Of a stretch of 64,000 bases of DNA, positions 55,707 to 64,000 are shown piece by piece. The position numbers and the translations under genes are program-made. Under the pieces are notes generated by a model. That model ran no database searches, was not told where the DNA came from, and was given only the letters and a program-made list of their open reading frames with translations. Numbering within the stretch: the first letter of the stretch is position 1; the number at the start of each line of letters is the position of its first letter. This DNA comes from a virus (lineage: Duplodnaviria > Heunggongvirae > Uroviricota > Caudoviricetes): positions 286,796 to 350,795 of the IMG/VR virus record IMGVR_UViG_3300049044_000033. The stretch is one strand, 5' to 3'.

Positions 55707-57454
55707 AGACCTGCATCCTCTCCACTATCGGTTGAACCTTCATCACCGGAGATTGGGCTAGCATCACCGGAAGGTTCATCCATACCTTCCATGTCTTCAC
55801 TACCCATGTCATCGCCCATGTCCATTTCGTCCTGTGGGCGAATACCAATACCTTCCATACCAACTGGTGTGCTTCCTGCGAAGCTATCGTCGGCACCGGT
55901 TCCCTTAGTAATGTCACGGTTTTCTTCACGCCACATGCGTTCGTTCTCGTTGATCTGCTCTTCGGTAAGACCCAAGTATTCCATCATGAGCCAACGCTTT
56001 GAGAAGTGCTTAATCTCGGCCAAAGGCTGGTAGACATTAATAGCCGCAGCATCTCGTTCAATCTTCGCAAAGGTGCCAAAGTTCTCTGGCATATTGAAGT
56101 TGAGATCAAACATCGAGACATCAATGTTGTCAAAGCCACGACGCTTAACAAAGAGTTTGAACTCATCGTCAAATGTTGGAGCCAAGAGGTTCTGAAGTCT
56201 CTGACAATACTGAGCGAAACGGAATTCCTGAATGTAAGCCGTGCCCACACGACCATCATTAAAAGACTGAGTGCCATCTTCTGGACCAGTCGGGAGATAG
56301 CTTGAAGGAACACGCAAGCCACGTAGCAGCTTGTTAGTCCAATACTTCAAGTCATCAATCTGACCTAGGTTCTCACCAGCTGGAAGAGTTTCAACCCTTG
56401 AACCACGACCTTCAGCCGACTGAGCAAAGAAGAAGTCTTCCATCATCGACATTGGATTGTAGGTTGCATCGCCCATATTAGCGCCGCCACCTGTGCGGCT
56501 TGGGAAACGACGCTGATGAATCTCGTTCTTGACCTTCTCAAGATATCCACCAACCTTGTGAAGTGGCATACCACCAACGTCAATGTAGAATACACGACGT
56601 TCTGGAGCGCGCTGAATTCGGTAGATGATGATTGCTTCCTCGAGCAATCCCTTTTCTTTCCAAACCTTGAAAACACTCTCAAGAATCGAAGTTCCGAATG
56701 GCCAATTAGCGTCGAGACCTTCACTGAGCGATAGATGCACCACGTGAGTAGCTTCCACAGCCGTCAGGGACGTCTCACCATCAAAGCGACCCGTTGAAGG
56801 GTTACCATTACCCCAACGCTTAGAATCCTTTGTAGGGCGTTGGAAGGTCATCTGACTAGCACCGCCGACTAAGTTGGTGCCATACTTTTCAGGAGCCGTA
56901 GCTGTGAAGCTAGACAAATTGAGGTCTAGGTCACGAAACACATAAGCTTCTGGTTGTTTGCCTTCTGCTTCGTTGACGAGGATCTTTTCTACTTTCGAAG
57001 GATCGACATAAAACCAACGTAGGGTTTCTGGATCGCGAACGAAGAACTGGTCACCATATTTGAGGGTGCTACGAAACATCCTCCAAATGCGCCTCTTGAA
57101 ATCGTTAATCTTAGACCACTGCATCAAGCAGGTCTTGAGAATTTCAACTTCAGTTTCGCTTGCTTCCTTGCGGTAGTTAATTGTGAAGACTTCGTCAGTT
57201 TTCACATCCTTCTGAGTGCAGAAGTCCGCAATAGTATCGAGAGCAGCATTAACTTCCGAATCATTATCCATTGCGTCGTATTGACCATAGCGATCAATAC
57301 GAAGTGGAGAGCCTTCATAAACTTCTGGGAGAGGGCTGGAGTAATTGGCTGAACTGCCATTGCTAGACAAATCCCCAAAGTCTCGCGACTTTGCAAGTTG
57401 CCGTTGGAGCAACTGCTGAACAGGGACAATCTGCATATGCTTTTTATAAGACAT
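55703..57454 (-). CDS. gp20: portal protein
   Basis: MDNDSEVNAALD, LEEAIIIYRIQRAPERRVFYIDVG, MMEDFFF, TLPAGENLG, LRVPSSYL. Confidence 0.96.
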   Translation of the reverse strand: MSYKKHMQIVPVQQLLQRQLAKSRDFGDLSSNGSSANYSSPLPEVYEGSPLRIDRYGQYDAMDNDSEVNAALDTIADFCTQKDVKTDEVFTINYRKEASETEVEILKTCLMQWSKINDFKRRIWRMFRSTLKYGDQFFVRDPETLRWFYVDPSKVEKILVNEAEGKQPEAYVFRDLDLNLSSFTATAPEKYGTNLVGGASQMTFQRPTKDSKRWGNGNPSTGRFDGETSLTAVEATHVVHLSLSEGLDANWPFGTSILESVFKVWKEKGLLEEAIIIYRIQRAPERRVFYIDVGGMPLHKVGGYLEKVKNEIHQRRFPSRTGGGANMGDATYNPMSMMEDFFFAQSAEGRGSRVETLPAGENLGQIDDLKYWTNKLLRGLRVPSSYLPTGPEDGTQSFNDGRVGTAYIQEFRFAQYCQRLQNLLAPTFDDEFKLFVKRRGFDNIDVSMFDLNFNMPENFGTFAKIERDAAAINVYQPLAEIKHFSKRWLMMEYLGLTEEQINENERMWREENRDITKGTGADDSFAGSTPVGMEGIGIRPQDEMDMGDDMGSEDMEGMDEPSGDASPISGDEGSTDSGEDAGL

Positions 57455-57489
57455 CTGGTTCCTTAGGTCGTAGATACCAGATATTTAGC

Positions 57490-59925
57490 TTAGGCAGTAT
57501 GGTCCGCTATGGCCTTCGTATTTTTGTTATTGTCTTCGAGTAGACGTCCCAAACGATCGCTCATAGTCCTGATTGCTGCAATCTCTTCACGCATTAAGTC
57601 AGTCTGCTTATCAGTTTGGTCCTTAATACTCTTGAGATAGCCAGCAGATTGCTGAGCACTATCCATGATTCGATTTGTCATCTGATCCATCGTGAGTGTA
57701 TTTTTGCCTCTCTGTGAAGGAGAAGCATTAGCAGGAGCAGAACGCTGAGTAGTCGGACCTTGTGGAGTTGGAATTTTTGGATTTCTAGCACTTGCCGGCT
57801 TTGTGATATCATCCGCACCAAAGATAGCATTACCCAACATATCGCCGGCCTTGTAACCTGCCATGCCGCCGGCAACGCCAGTAACTGCGCTAGCCACACC
57901 GCCGCCTGCTAAGCCACCAGCTAGACCGCCTAGAGTGCCACCAGCAACCCTTAGACCTGATTTAGCCAGGTTCTTAAAACTTAGATCTTTATTACCAGCC
58001 AGATAATCATAGCCTTCAAACAAGCTACCAAGAAGAGCATTGCCTCGAATGCCACCGAGACCTTTAGCCATAGACCCTGCTTTGCCGAGGACATTCTTAC
58101 CACCCGACATCAAACCTTTAAGAATAGTTCCGCCACTTCCTTCAGCAGCACCAGCAGCAGCACCTAACCCACCACGTTGAGACCTAATAATGTCCATAGG
58201 ACCCCTAGGAGCGTTTCTACCCAGAGCTGCAGGGCCGCCTCCACCCAATATACCTGCAATACCTTTGACTGCTCCTAGGGTCTTAAAAGCAGCCGTAGCA
58301 GTAGCAAGAGTTGCCAACACACCCGCTACACCAACACCGATAGCACCAACAGTAGACATTAAGCCAGTCTGACCACTTAGAGATATTGCTGTTTCGTTTA
58401 AGCCTCGAGCAAAATCGGTAAGCGCAGGATTAACAACATCTCGCAATGTAGGACCAAACTTATCAACCATTGGATTAATGACCGCAGTCATCATAGCATC
58501 CTTAGCAGCAGCAAATTCCTGTGCTACTTGGTTTAGCTGAAGAACACCGACACCTGCTCGCTGCTCGTCATTCTGATTCTGATCTGAAGGGCGAGTAAAT
58601 GTGCCATCACTTTTGAGGTCTTGAGATAGAGCAGAACCACCGAGACTATCAGTGAATACGCTGCCCATACCGCTAGCATTCAAGCGAGCCAGCTGGGCAA
58701 ACTGTTCAGTCCTACCCTTGTCATTGAACTGCTCTCTGCCGGCCTTCTTTAATTCAGCAGCTGATTGACTTAGGAGTTCTGAACCTTTAGCCCCGCTATT
58801 AACCAAGTCACCAATACGACCTAGAGCTCCCGAAGCCGTAGGGTCAATAGCAGCAAACTGAGCAGAAGCCGGACCAACTTGACCAAAAGTCAGCTGATCC
58901 AAGAGACGGTCTTTACCAGACTGTCCATAAGTTGCCTCGGCCATAGTAACAAGAGAACGGGCAGTATTCTGATCAATACCTTTGGCGCGCATAACTGCGT
59001 TGAGCTGTTGATCCTTAGCAAGTTCTGCCTGAGCCTTTAGGGCATCTTCACGAGTAATACCGAGAATATGAGCAGTAGTCTCGCTACTCTTCACAATACT
59101 CATGATACCATCTGCCATCTGAGAAGTATTCAGACTGTGACTCTGACCTTGTAGGCGTAGGATTTCAGCGTAGGTGCTAGTTACTTCAGTAATCTGATCC
59201 GGCAACATTCCCATGTAGCCAGAAGCTTTACTCATCTCAACCACAGACTTACGGACATCAGCGAACTTGATAGCACCAAGGGCGCGAGCGCCTTGGGTAC
59301 CATTCGACATAGCTTTAGTGAACTGATCAACAGTTAAGCCCGCTTGCGCAGCCCTGCGACCCAAGTCCTGCATGGAAGAAACAGTACCTTCGCCAGACGC
59401 TAGAATTTCCCTATAGGAATCAGCCCTCGACATTGCGACATCGGTCATTTTACCCAATACCGCACCCAACATAGTACCAGCAGTTCCGCCGATTCCGCCG
59501 CTCTTTAGTTCCTTGAAAACACCTTTGAGGTCACGTTGCCCTTGGGCCAACGCATCATTCATACCCTTGAGGTTTCCAATGAACGAACCACCTAGGCGGT
59601 TCTGCTCTCTGGAATAATCATTTAGACCAGTCTTAGCATCCTTGAGTTGCTTGATGATCGTTTGACCAGACTTATCCTCATTGGTCTTAACGTTCTTGAA
59701 CGGATCTTCTGATTTCCAGCGGCGCCAGAAATCATCAATATATTTCTTTGAATCAGGTTCTTTGCCAGACTTTGCATCATTGGACATCTGCTTGTTGATA
59801 GCAGACATGATGTTGCGGATTTTGGACAACTCAGTATTTGTGAGTTGGTCACCCTTAGTTCGCTCTAGTCGATCTCCGAGGTTCTCGAACAACGTTTTAA
59901 GTTGTTCAATATCAAAATCAGCCAT
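57490..59925 (-). CDS. probable tape-measure protein
   Basis: 811 aa, Ala/Gly-rich helical with a hydrophobic segment; late promoter at about 59948; divergent from hub genes. Confidence 0.6.
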   Translation of the reverse strand: MADFDIEQLKTLFENLGDRLERTKGDQLTNTELSKIRNIMSAINKQMSNDAKSGKEPDSKKYIDDFWRRWKSEDPFKNVKTNEDKSGQTIIKQLKDAKTGLNDYSREQNRLGGSFIGNLKGMNDALAQGQRDLKGVFKELKSGGIGGTAGTMLGAVLGKMTDVAMSRADSYREILASGEGTVSSMQDLGRRAAQAGLTVDQFTKAMSNGTQGARALGAIKFADVRKSVVEMSKASGYMGMLPDQITEVTSTYAEILRLQGQSHSLNTSQMADGIMSIVKSSETTAHILGITREDALKAQAELAKDQQLNAVMRAKGIDQNTARSLVTMAEATYGQSGKDRLLDQLTFGQVGPASAQFAAIDPTASGALGRIGDLVNSGAKGSELLSQSAAELKKAGREQFNDKGRTEQFAQLARLNASGMGSVFTDSLGGSALSQDLKSDGTFTRPSDQNQNDEQRAGVGVLQLNQVAQEFAAAKDAMMTAVINPMVDKFGPTLRDVVNPALTDFARGLNETAISLSGQTGLMSTVGAIGVGVAGVLATLATATAAFKTLGAVKGIAGILGGGGPAALGRNAPRGPMDIIRSQRGGLGAAAGAAEGSGGTILKGLMSGGKNVLGKAGSMAKGLGGIRGNALLGSLFEGYDYLAGNKDLSFKNLAKSGLRVAGGTLGGLAGGLAGGGVASAVTGVAGGMAGYKAGDMLGNAIFGADDITKPASARNPKIPTPQGPTTQRSAPANASPSQRGKNTLTMDQMTNRIMDSAQQSAGYLKSIKDQTDKQTDLMREEIAAIRTMSDRLGRLLEDNNKNTKAIADHTA

Positions 59926-60015
59926 GACTCTCCCCTATTCTCTATGGTATTTAGTGACCTATAAAATACGCGCTTAATAGGCAGATAAGTAGCTATATAG
60001 AAATAGGAGAGTTCC

Positions 60016-60858
60016 ATGGAGAATACTAACCCACTAGCTCAATACTTTAGAACCCCAGGGGTTCACCAAAGCCTGCCTACTGGTGGTCAATTTTTGGATC
60101 CCTCTGAGATTGAACTAGCAATCAATGGAGAAGTCGCAGTATTACCAATGACTGCCAGCGATGAGATTGTTCTCAAGAACCCTGACGCGTTGTTGAACGG
60201 AGACGCACTTGAGAAGCTATTCAGGTCATGTGTTCCTGCTATCAAGACACCGCGTAACATCAGTATTCCTGATTTAGATGTTCTTCTCCTTGCTATCAAG
60301 CTAGCCAGTTATGGCGATAGTCTGGAACTTGCGGTAACTTGTCCAGAGTGCAAAAAAGAATTCGAAGTTGAAACTAGTATTCGTGGTTTGCTCTCAGGTG
60401 TAAAGACTATTCAGCCTCATGAGAGTGTTGTTAGGATCAGCGATGAGATCGTAGTGTATGTCAAGCCCTACAGTTTTGAAAGCAAGACAAAGCTGGATCT
60501 AGCAACTTTCGAAGAAGCAAAGCTGTATCAGTATCTCTTAGATGCTGCTATGAGCGACGAAGACAAAACTAAAAAGTTTAATCAGTCCTTCGAACGAATT
60601 GCTGACTTGAACCTAGATATGATTTCCGACTGTATTACGAAGATTTCCACTCCAGTAACTGATGTTTTTGATCCCATCTTCATTCGAGAGTATGTGAGGA
60701 ATTCCAGCAAGGATGTAGTCAAGATGATTCGAGACCGTCTGACCGCACTTTCTGATAATGGCATTAACAAAGAACTAGAAGTGGTCTGCCCGAATGAGGA
60801 ATGCAAGCACGAATGGAAGACCCCACTAACATTCGATCCTAGCCATTTTTTCGAATAA
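60016..60858 (+). CDS. baseplate hub assembly protein (gp26/gp51-like)
   Basis: NPLAQYFRTP, PMTASDEI..KNPDALLNG, DLDVLLLAIKLASYG, CPEC and C-terminal CPNEECKH. Confidence 0.8.
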   Translation: MENTNPLAQYFRTPGVHQSLPTGGQFLDPSEIELAINGEVAVLPMTASDEIVLKNPDALLNGDALEKLFRSCVPAIKTPRNISIPDLDVLLLAIKLASYGDSLELAVTCPECKKEFEVETSIRGLLSGVKTIQPHESVVRISDEIVVYVKPYSFESKTKLDLATFEEAKLYQYLLDAAMSDEDKTKKFNQSFERIADLNLDMISDCITKISTPVTDVFDPIFIREYVRNSSKDVVKMIRDRLTALSDNGINKELEVVCPNEECKHEWKTPLTFDPSHFFE

Positions 60859-60863
60859 GGCTC

Positions 60864-61082
60864 TTGAGCACTCCAATGGAGGAGATTTCTGATCTCCTCC
60901 AAACGTATGCGGACGAGGCAAGAGCCATTGAGAAAAGCCTGATTAGGATTTCCTGGTATATGAGGGGTTCTGTTGATTTGGATCAAGCATATCGAATGAC
61001 GTATCGTCAGCGCAAATACGCATTTGCTTTGATAGAAGAGAACTTAGATAATACCCAGAAAACTGGGATAATGATGCACTAA
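60864..61082 (+). CDS. small hub/tail-assembly ORF, possibly expressed by -1 frameshift
   Basis: ISWYMRGS...AYRMTYRQR; lies in the -1 frame and is open through T TTT TTC at 60846-52. Confidence 0.65.
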   Translation: MSTPMEEISDLLQTYADEARAIEKSLIRISWYMRGSVDLDQAYRMTYRQRKYAFALIEENLDNTQKTGIMMH

Positions 61083-61459
61083 AGAGCACCGCTCTCTAAG
61101 TAGATGCCGGCAAGATTGGAATCACGAAGAACATGACGAAATTCAAGTTCAATACCCTGAGACAGTTGCTTGAATTCTTCGAAAAGGCCGGCAAGCATCT
61201 TGTTATTGATCTTCCAAGCACCTTGAGCCTGCATGATCGCGAGCTTACTGTCTCCGATCACAACACACTTCTCGAGGCCATTATCCTTAGCCCAGACAAC
61301 CGCCCAGATCAAAGCTGACCATTCCGCAATATTATTAGTTCCCTGGCCGAGGTTCTTCATTGTGAGAGCTTCGGCTTTCTTTTCAAGGTGACAAATCACA
61401 ATACAAGCAGACATCTTGCCTGGATTAGGAGAGCAGCCGCCGTCAAAGTAGATTTCCAT
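61079..61459 (-). CDS. rnhA: ribonuclease HI (single domain)
   Basis: YFDGG, TNNIAEWSAL, GDSKL, HVLRDSN; TTGACT-N18-TATATT promoter at 61466-95. Confidence 0.9.
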   Translation of the reverse strand: MEIYFDGGCSPNPGKMSACIVICHLEKKAEALTMKNLGQGTNNIAEWSALIWAVVWAKDNGLEKCVVIGDSKLAIMQAQGAWKINNKMLAGLFEEFKQLSQGIELEFRHVLRDSNLAGIYLESGAL

Positions 61460-61499
61460 GCTGTCAATATAGCATCCTGAACTACTGAGAGTCAACCAG

Positions 61500-62400
61500 T
61501 CAGCAGTGTCTCCGACCTCTTTGATTTCTATTCTTTTCGGAATCTGAGTTCTTTATGTCTATCTCGAAGCCTTTGGGGCTTCGAGAGCTTACGGTGTTTC
61601 TACAAGCTAGTAAACTAGCTTGTCTGCACACCTTCGCATCTACCTTCGGTTGAACTCTGGAACTTAAAAACGAATTATTGTGAATCTCCACGATTGCTAT
61701 GTGGTATTCGATCTTATAACCTAAGTAGTTAGCTCAGAACGAACTAATTAGAAAGGAAGTAAGTGCTCAGGTCCCCTGAAGCACTTCGGACTTACGCAGT
61801 GATTGAGCTTGCGATTGAGCAAGTAAGGCCGTGATCCCTTTAAGTAATATTCTCCAAATCATCCAGTCACACTGACTTCCCCCGTTCCCGGGAGAAGGTC
61901 AAAAAATATATGGAAATGTTAGATTTCACACAATATGACTGGCGTGGACAATTCGAAGGATCCTAGGTCTGCCATTATATCCTGCACCTTTTCAGTGCTC
62001 ATTGCCGCTTCTTTGATACTAACTCACCAGCTGGTGTAGCTTTCTCTACAGGACGGTCGGTAGAATTGTTAGTTCTACCACTCAACGCTTCCTTTGCTCA
62101 CGCCAGCGGCTCGGGAAGCTTGCTTTCTACTTTTCATAGAAAGTCTAGTCTTTGACTAGGGCGCTCCTTCGTTTGGTCGAGTCGAAGCCTGCCTAGCTTT
62201 CCGCGGTTGAACGAGATACCACTTGCCAATCTAGATCTACTAGATCGTCAAGCCCGCCTGGTGTTTTGACCGCTTGCCAAGCTAAGTCCACTTTACCAGC
62301 CCTTGCCGCACCCGAAATCCGCGGGAAGGGGGTTTGAGGGCATGATCTGCCGCTCCAGTGCCTTTTTCTACAACTCCGTAACCAAAACGGGATAAATAGT
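61500..62400 (-). ncRNA. candidate large structured ncRNA or origin-like region
   Basis: About 900 nt without a credible ORF; more than 10 hairpins; long-range GGACTTA/TAAGTCC and CCAGTCA/TGACTGG complements. Confidence 0.5.
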
Positions 62401-62529
62401 TGTGCCAAAAAGCAGTATAAAATTCGGGTGTGCGTATAGGTGTGTTAGCTGTTGCCTGTATATTAGAATAAAATATTTGCTTTGTAATGCCCGGGTTGGA
62501 GGTCTTTCCTCTTCCCGGGCTTATTTTTT
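62400..62529 (+). ncRNA. candidate late small RNA (about 120 nt)
   Basis: TAAATA at 62393-98, imperfect rod hairpin, intrinsic terminator GCCCGGG/CCCGGGC plus TTATTTTTT (62489-62529). Confidence 0.5.
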
Positions 62530-62664
62530 GGGTTTGTTATAAGGTCTAAAAAGTAGAAAACTGCTAAGTTTCCATTAAGGGTATTTATTAGCAGATAACC
62601 TAAAGAGGTTACGAATCAGCTACATCTGAGTTCGATCTATGGGATACCGAAGCATCCCATATAG

Positions 62665-63492
62665 TTAATACGACTTTTTCTTCGCAATTGCAAATATCTG
62701 TCCAGTTCTTGGACGATCTACATCAGCATAACGAATCAAGTAGGGTACAGGAGTATGCTTGACTTCAACGACCCAAGGCGTGCTGGGAACAGCTTCAACG
62801 CCTGATTGCTGGTGAACCATCAGGAAGTTCCAGTGATTATTAGATTCAAGGTTATGGCCCTGAATAATCAGCGGGTTCTCACAATAGGGATGATAGATGT
62901 GCGTCTCTTCGCGTTTGTCTAGATAACGAACGTCATTGAGAGCAGCACGAGGAATCTGAAGATGTCGCTTCGTAACTAGGTCATGGCTGACTAGAAGATC
63001 GATGGGCTTTGCGTAAACATCCTGATCACCAAACGCTTCTTCATTGCGCTTGATCAACTTTCCTGATTGTTCTTTGTAGAACTCAAGGATCTGGGTTGCC
63101 ATTCCCCTACGCACTAGTGGGTGGAGAACAGCAGGAGCAGTGGCTACACTCATAATGCTAAACATGCGCTCATTAAGAAAACGCTCACCCTTGGTATTCT
63201 TGCCCAACAACATCTTGCGATGTGGTTCATAGGCTTCAGGAAGATTTGCGTCTTCCTTCAAACGATCGTAACCCTTAATGCTCTTACCTTCAGAGGCTAG
63301 AACTGCCCAAAGATTTTCCCAATCTTTGTGTAGGGCCAGTAGAGTATCAGGGAACGTCCGTGCGCGTGGTCCCAAGCCTTCAACTAGAGCATTATAGTAG
63401 GCCAGTTCCTGTTTCATAAACTCTTTGAGGCGAAGCTTGTCCTTTGATTGGACGTCTACCATCACCGTCAATTCGCGAAAACGTTCGTTCAT
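62665..63492 (-). CDS. hypothetical protein resembling a TnpB/Cas12f WED-REC lobe without RuvC
   Basis: N-terminal strand-helix RELTVMVDV...KQELAYYNALVE, helical core, KRHLQIP, beta-rich end ...PWVVEVK; no DLG/E/D RuvC triad. Confidence 0.4.
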   Translation of the reverse strand: MNERFRELTVMVDVQSKDKLRLKEFMKQELAYYNALVEGLGPRARTFPDTLLALHKDWENLWAVLASEGKSIKGYDRLKEDANLPEAYEPHRKMLLGKNTKGERFLNERMFSIMSVATAPAVLHPLVRRGMATQILEFYKEQSGKLIKRNEEAFGDQDVYAKPIDLLVSHDLVTKRHLQIPRAALNDVRYLDKREETHIYHPYCENPLIIQGHNLESNNHWNFLMVHQQSGVEAVPSTPWVVEVKHTPVPYLIRYADVDRPRTGQIFAIAKKKSY

Positions 63493-63577
63493 ATATGCTC
63501 CTTTGTCTACTGACTAACATGTGGCAAAGGGGCATCCGATGTCTATAAATATGCGTATATTCAAACAGGAGATATCG

Positions 63578-64000
63578 GTGACTAGTAAGGCTAAGGCAAA
63601 GGGTAACGCATGGGAGAGGGAGATTTGTAATTTCCTCGGTGAAACCCTAGGAGGTAACTTCCAGCGCGTTCCCAACTCAGGTGCTTACATGGGTGGTAAG
63701 AACGTCTTTCGTAAGGAATTCCTCAGTGATGGTCAGCAGCGCGCTGCCAAGGGCGACATTATTCCACCCGATGATTTGCCAAAGCTAAACTTGGAAGCCA
63801 AGAACTATGCTGATATCGCATTCCATCAAATCATTGATGGATCGTGCAAGCAACTAGACGCTTGGATTGATCAGACTGAGGAACCAGCTGATGAAGATGA
63901 TTTGAGCTTCACGATCTTCAAGATCACACGCAAAGGAAGTTGGGTTGTGTTCAAGGCAAAGTACCTAGCAGACTTTGATCTCGCTGGTCTTTCCTATGTG
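63578..64000 (+). CDS. Holliday-junction resolvase (Hjc-like PD-(D/E)xK), runs off the right edge
   Basis: Manual translation from GTG 63578: SKAKAKGNAWERE...FQRVPNSGA...GDII...LEAKNY; late TATAAATA at 63544 and SD AGGAG. Confidence 0.85.
   Translation, partial: MTSKAKAKGNAWEREICNFLGETLGGNFQRVPNSGAYMGGKNVFRKEFLSDGQQRAAKGDIIPPDDLPKLNLEAKNYADIAFHQIIDGSCKQLDAWIDQTEEPADEDDLSFTIFKITRKGSWVVFKAKYLADFDLAGLSYV

Noticed and set aside
62218-62309. CRISPR- or TIGR-like mini-array from TTGGCAAGYGGT repeats
   Set aside because: Only two 12-nt copies plus one partial, with irregular spacing; no cas genes or box C/D pattern
61500-62408. ORFs 61500-61691 and 62193-62408 as proteins
   Set aside because: No SD, atypical composition, and they run through perfect hairpins

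Overview
64 kb of a T4-like jumbo myophage genome, probably infecting an alphaproteobacterium (inferred from a Sphingomonas-style outer-membrane beta-barrel gene and a DUF4170-like ORF). Core modules are recombination/replication (uvsW, uvsY, uvsX, gp32 SSB, dNMP kinase, RNase HI, a Holliday-junction resolvase running off the right end), DNA packaging (terL, probable terS, gp4), head (gp20 portal, gp21 protease, gp22 scaffold, gp23 capsid, acidic core proteins), and neck/tail (gp13/14/15, gp18 sheath, gp19 tube, probable tape measure, hub). Late genes carry a TAA(A/G)TA promoter; accessory genes carry sigma70-like TTGACA-N16/18-TATAAT promoters. Four accessory signals stand out. (1) A complete four-enzyme deamidating NAD+ salvage route (PncA, PncB, NadM-like, glutamine-dependent NadE) plus a Nudix hydrolase. 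(2) A Ro60/TROVE gene in an island between tail tube and sheath, next to about 660 nt of promoter-driven, highly structured non-coding sequence. (3) A roughly 1.15 kb hairpin-dense non-coding region directly downstream of a 275-aa protein that reads like a TnpB/Cas12f WED-REC lobe without RuvC, flanked by RNase H and the resolvase. (4) Catalytically degenerate terminase and SNF2 paralogues, and an in-phase -1 slippery site in the hub genes. No tRNA, rRNA, CRISPR array, intron or intein could be supported. All family assignments are from motif recognition by eye, not database searches.
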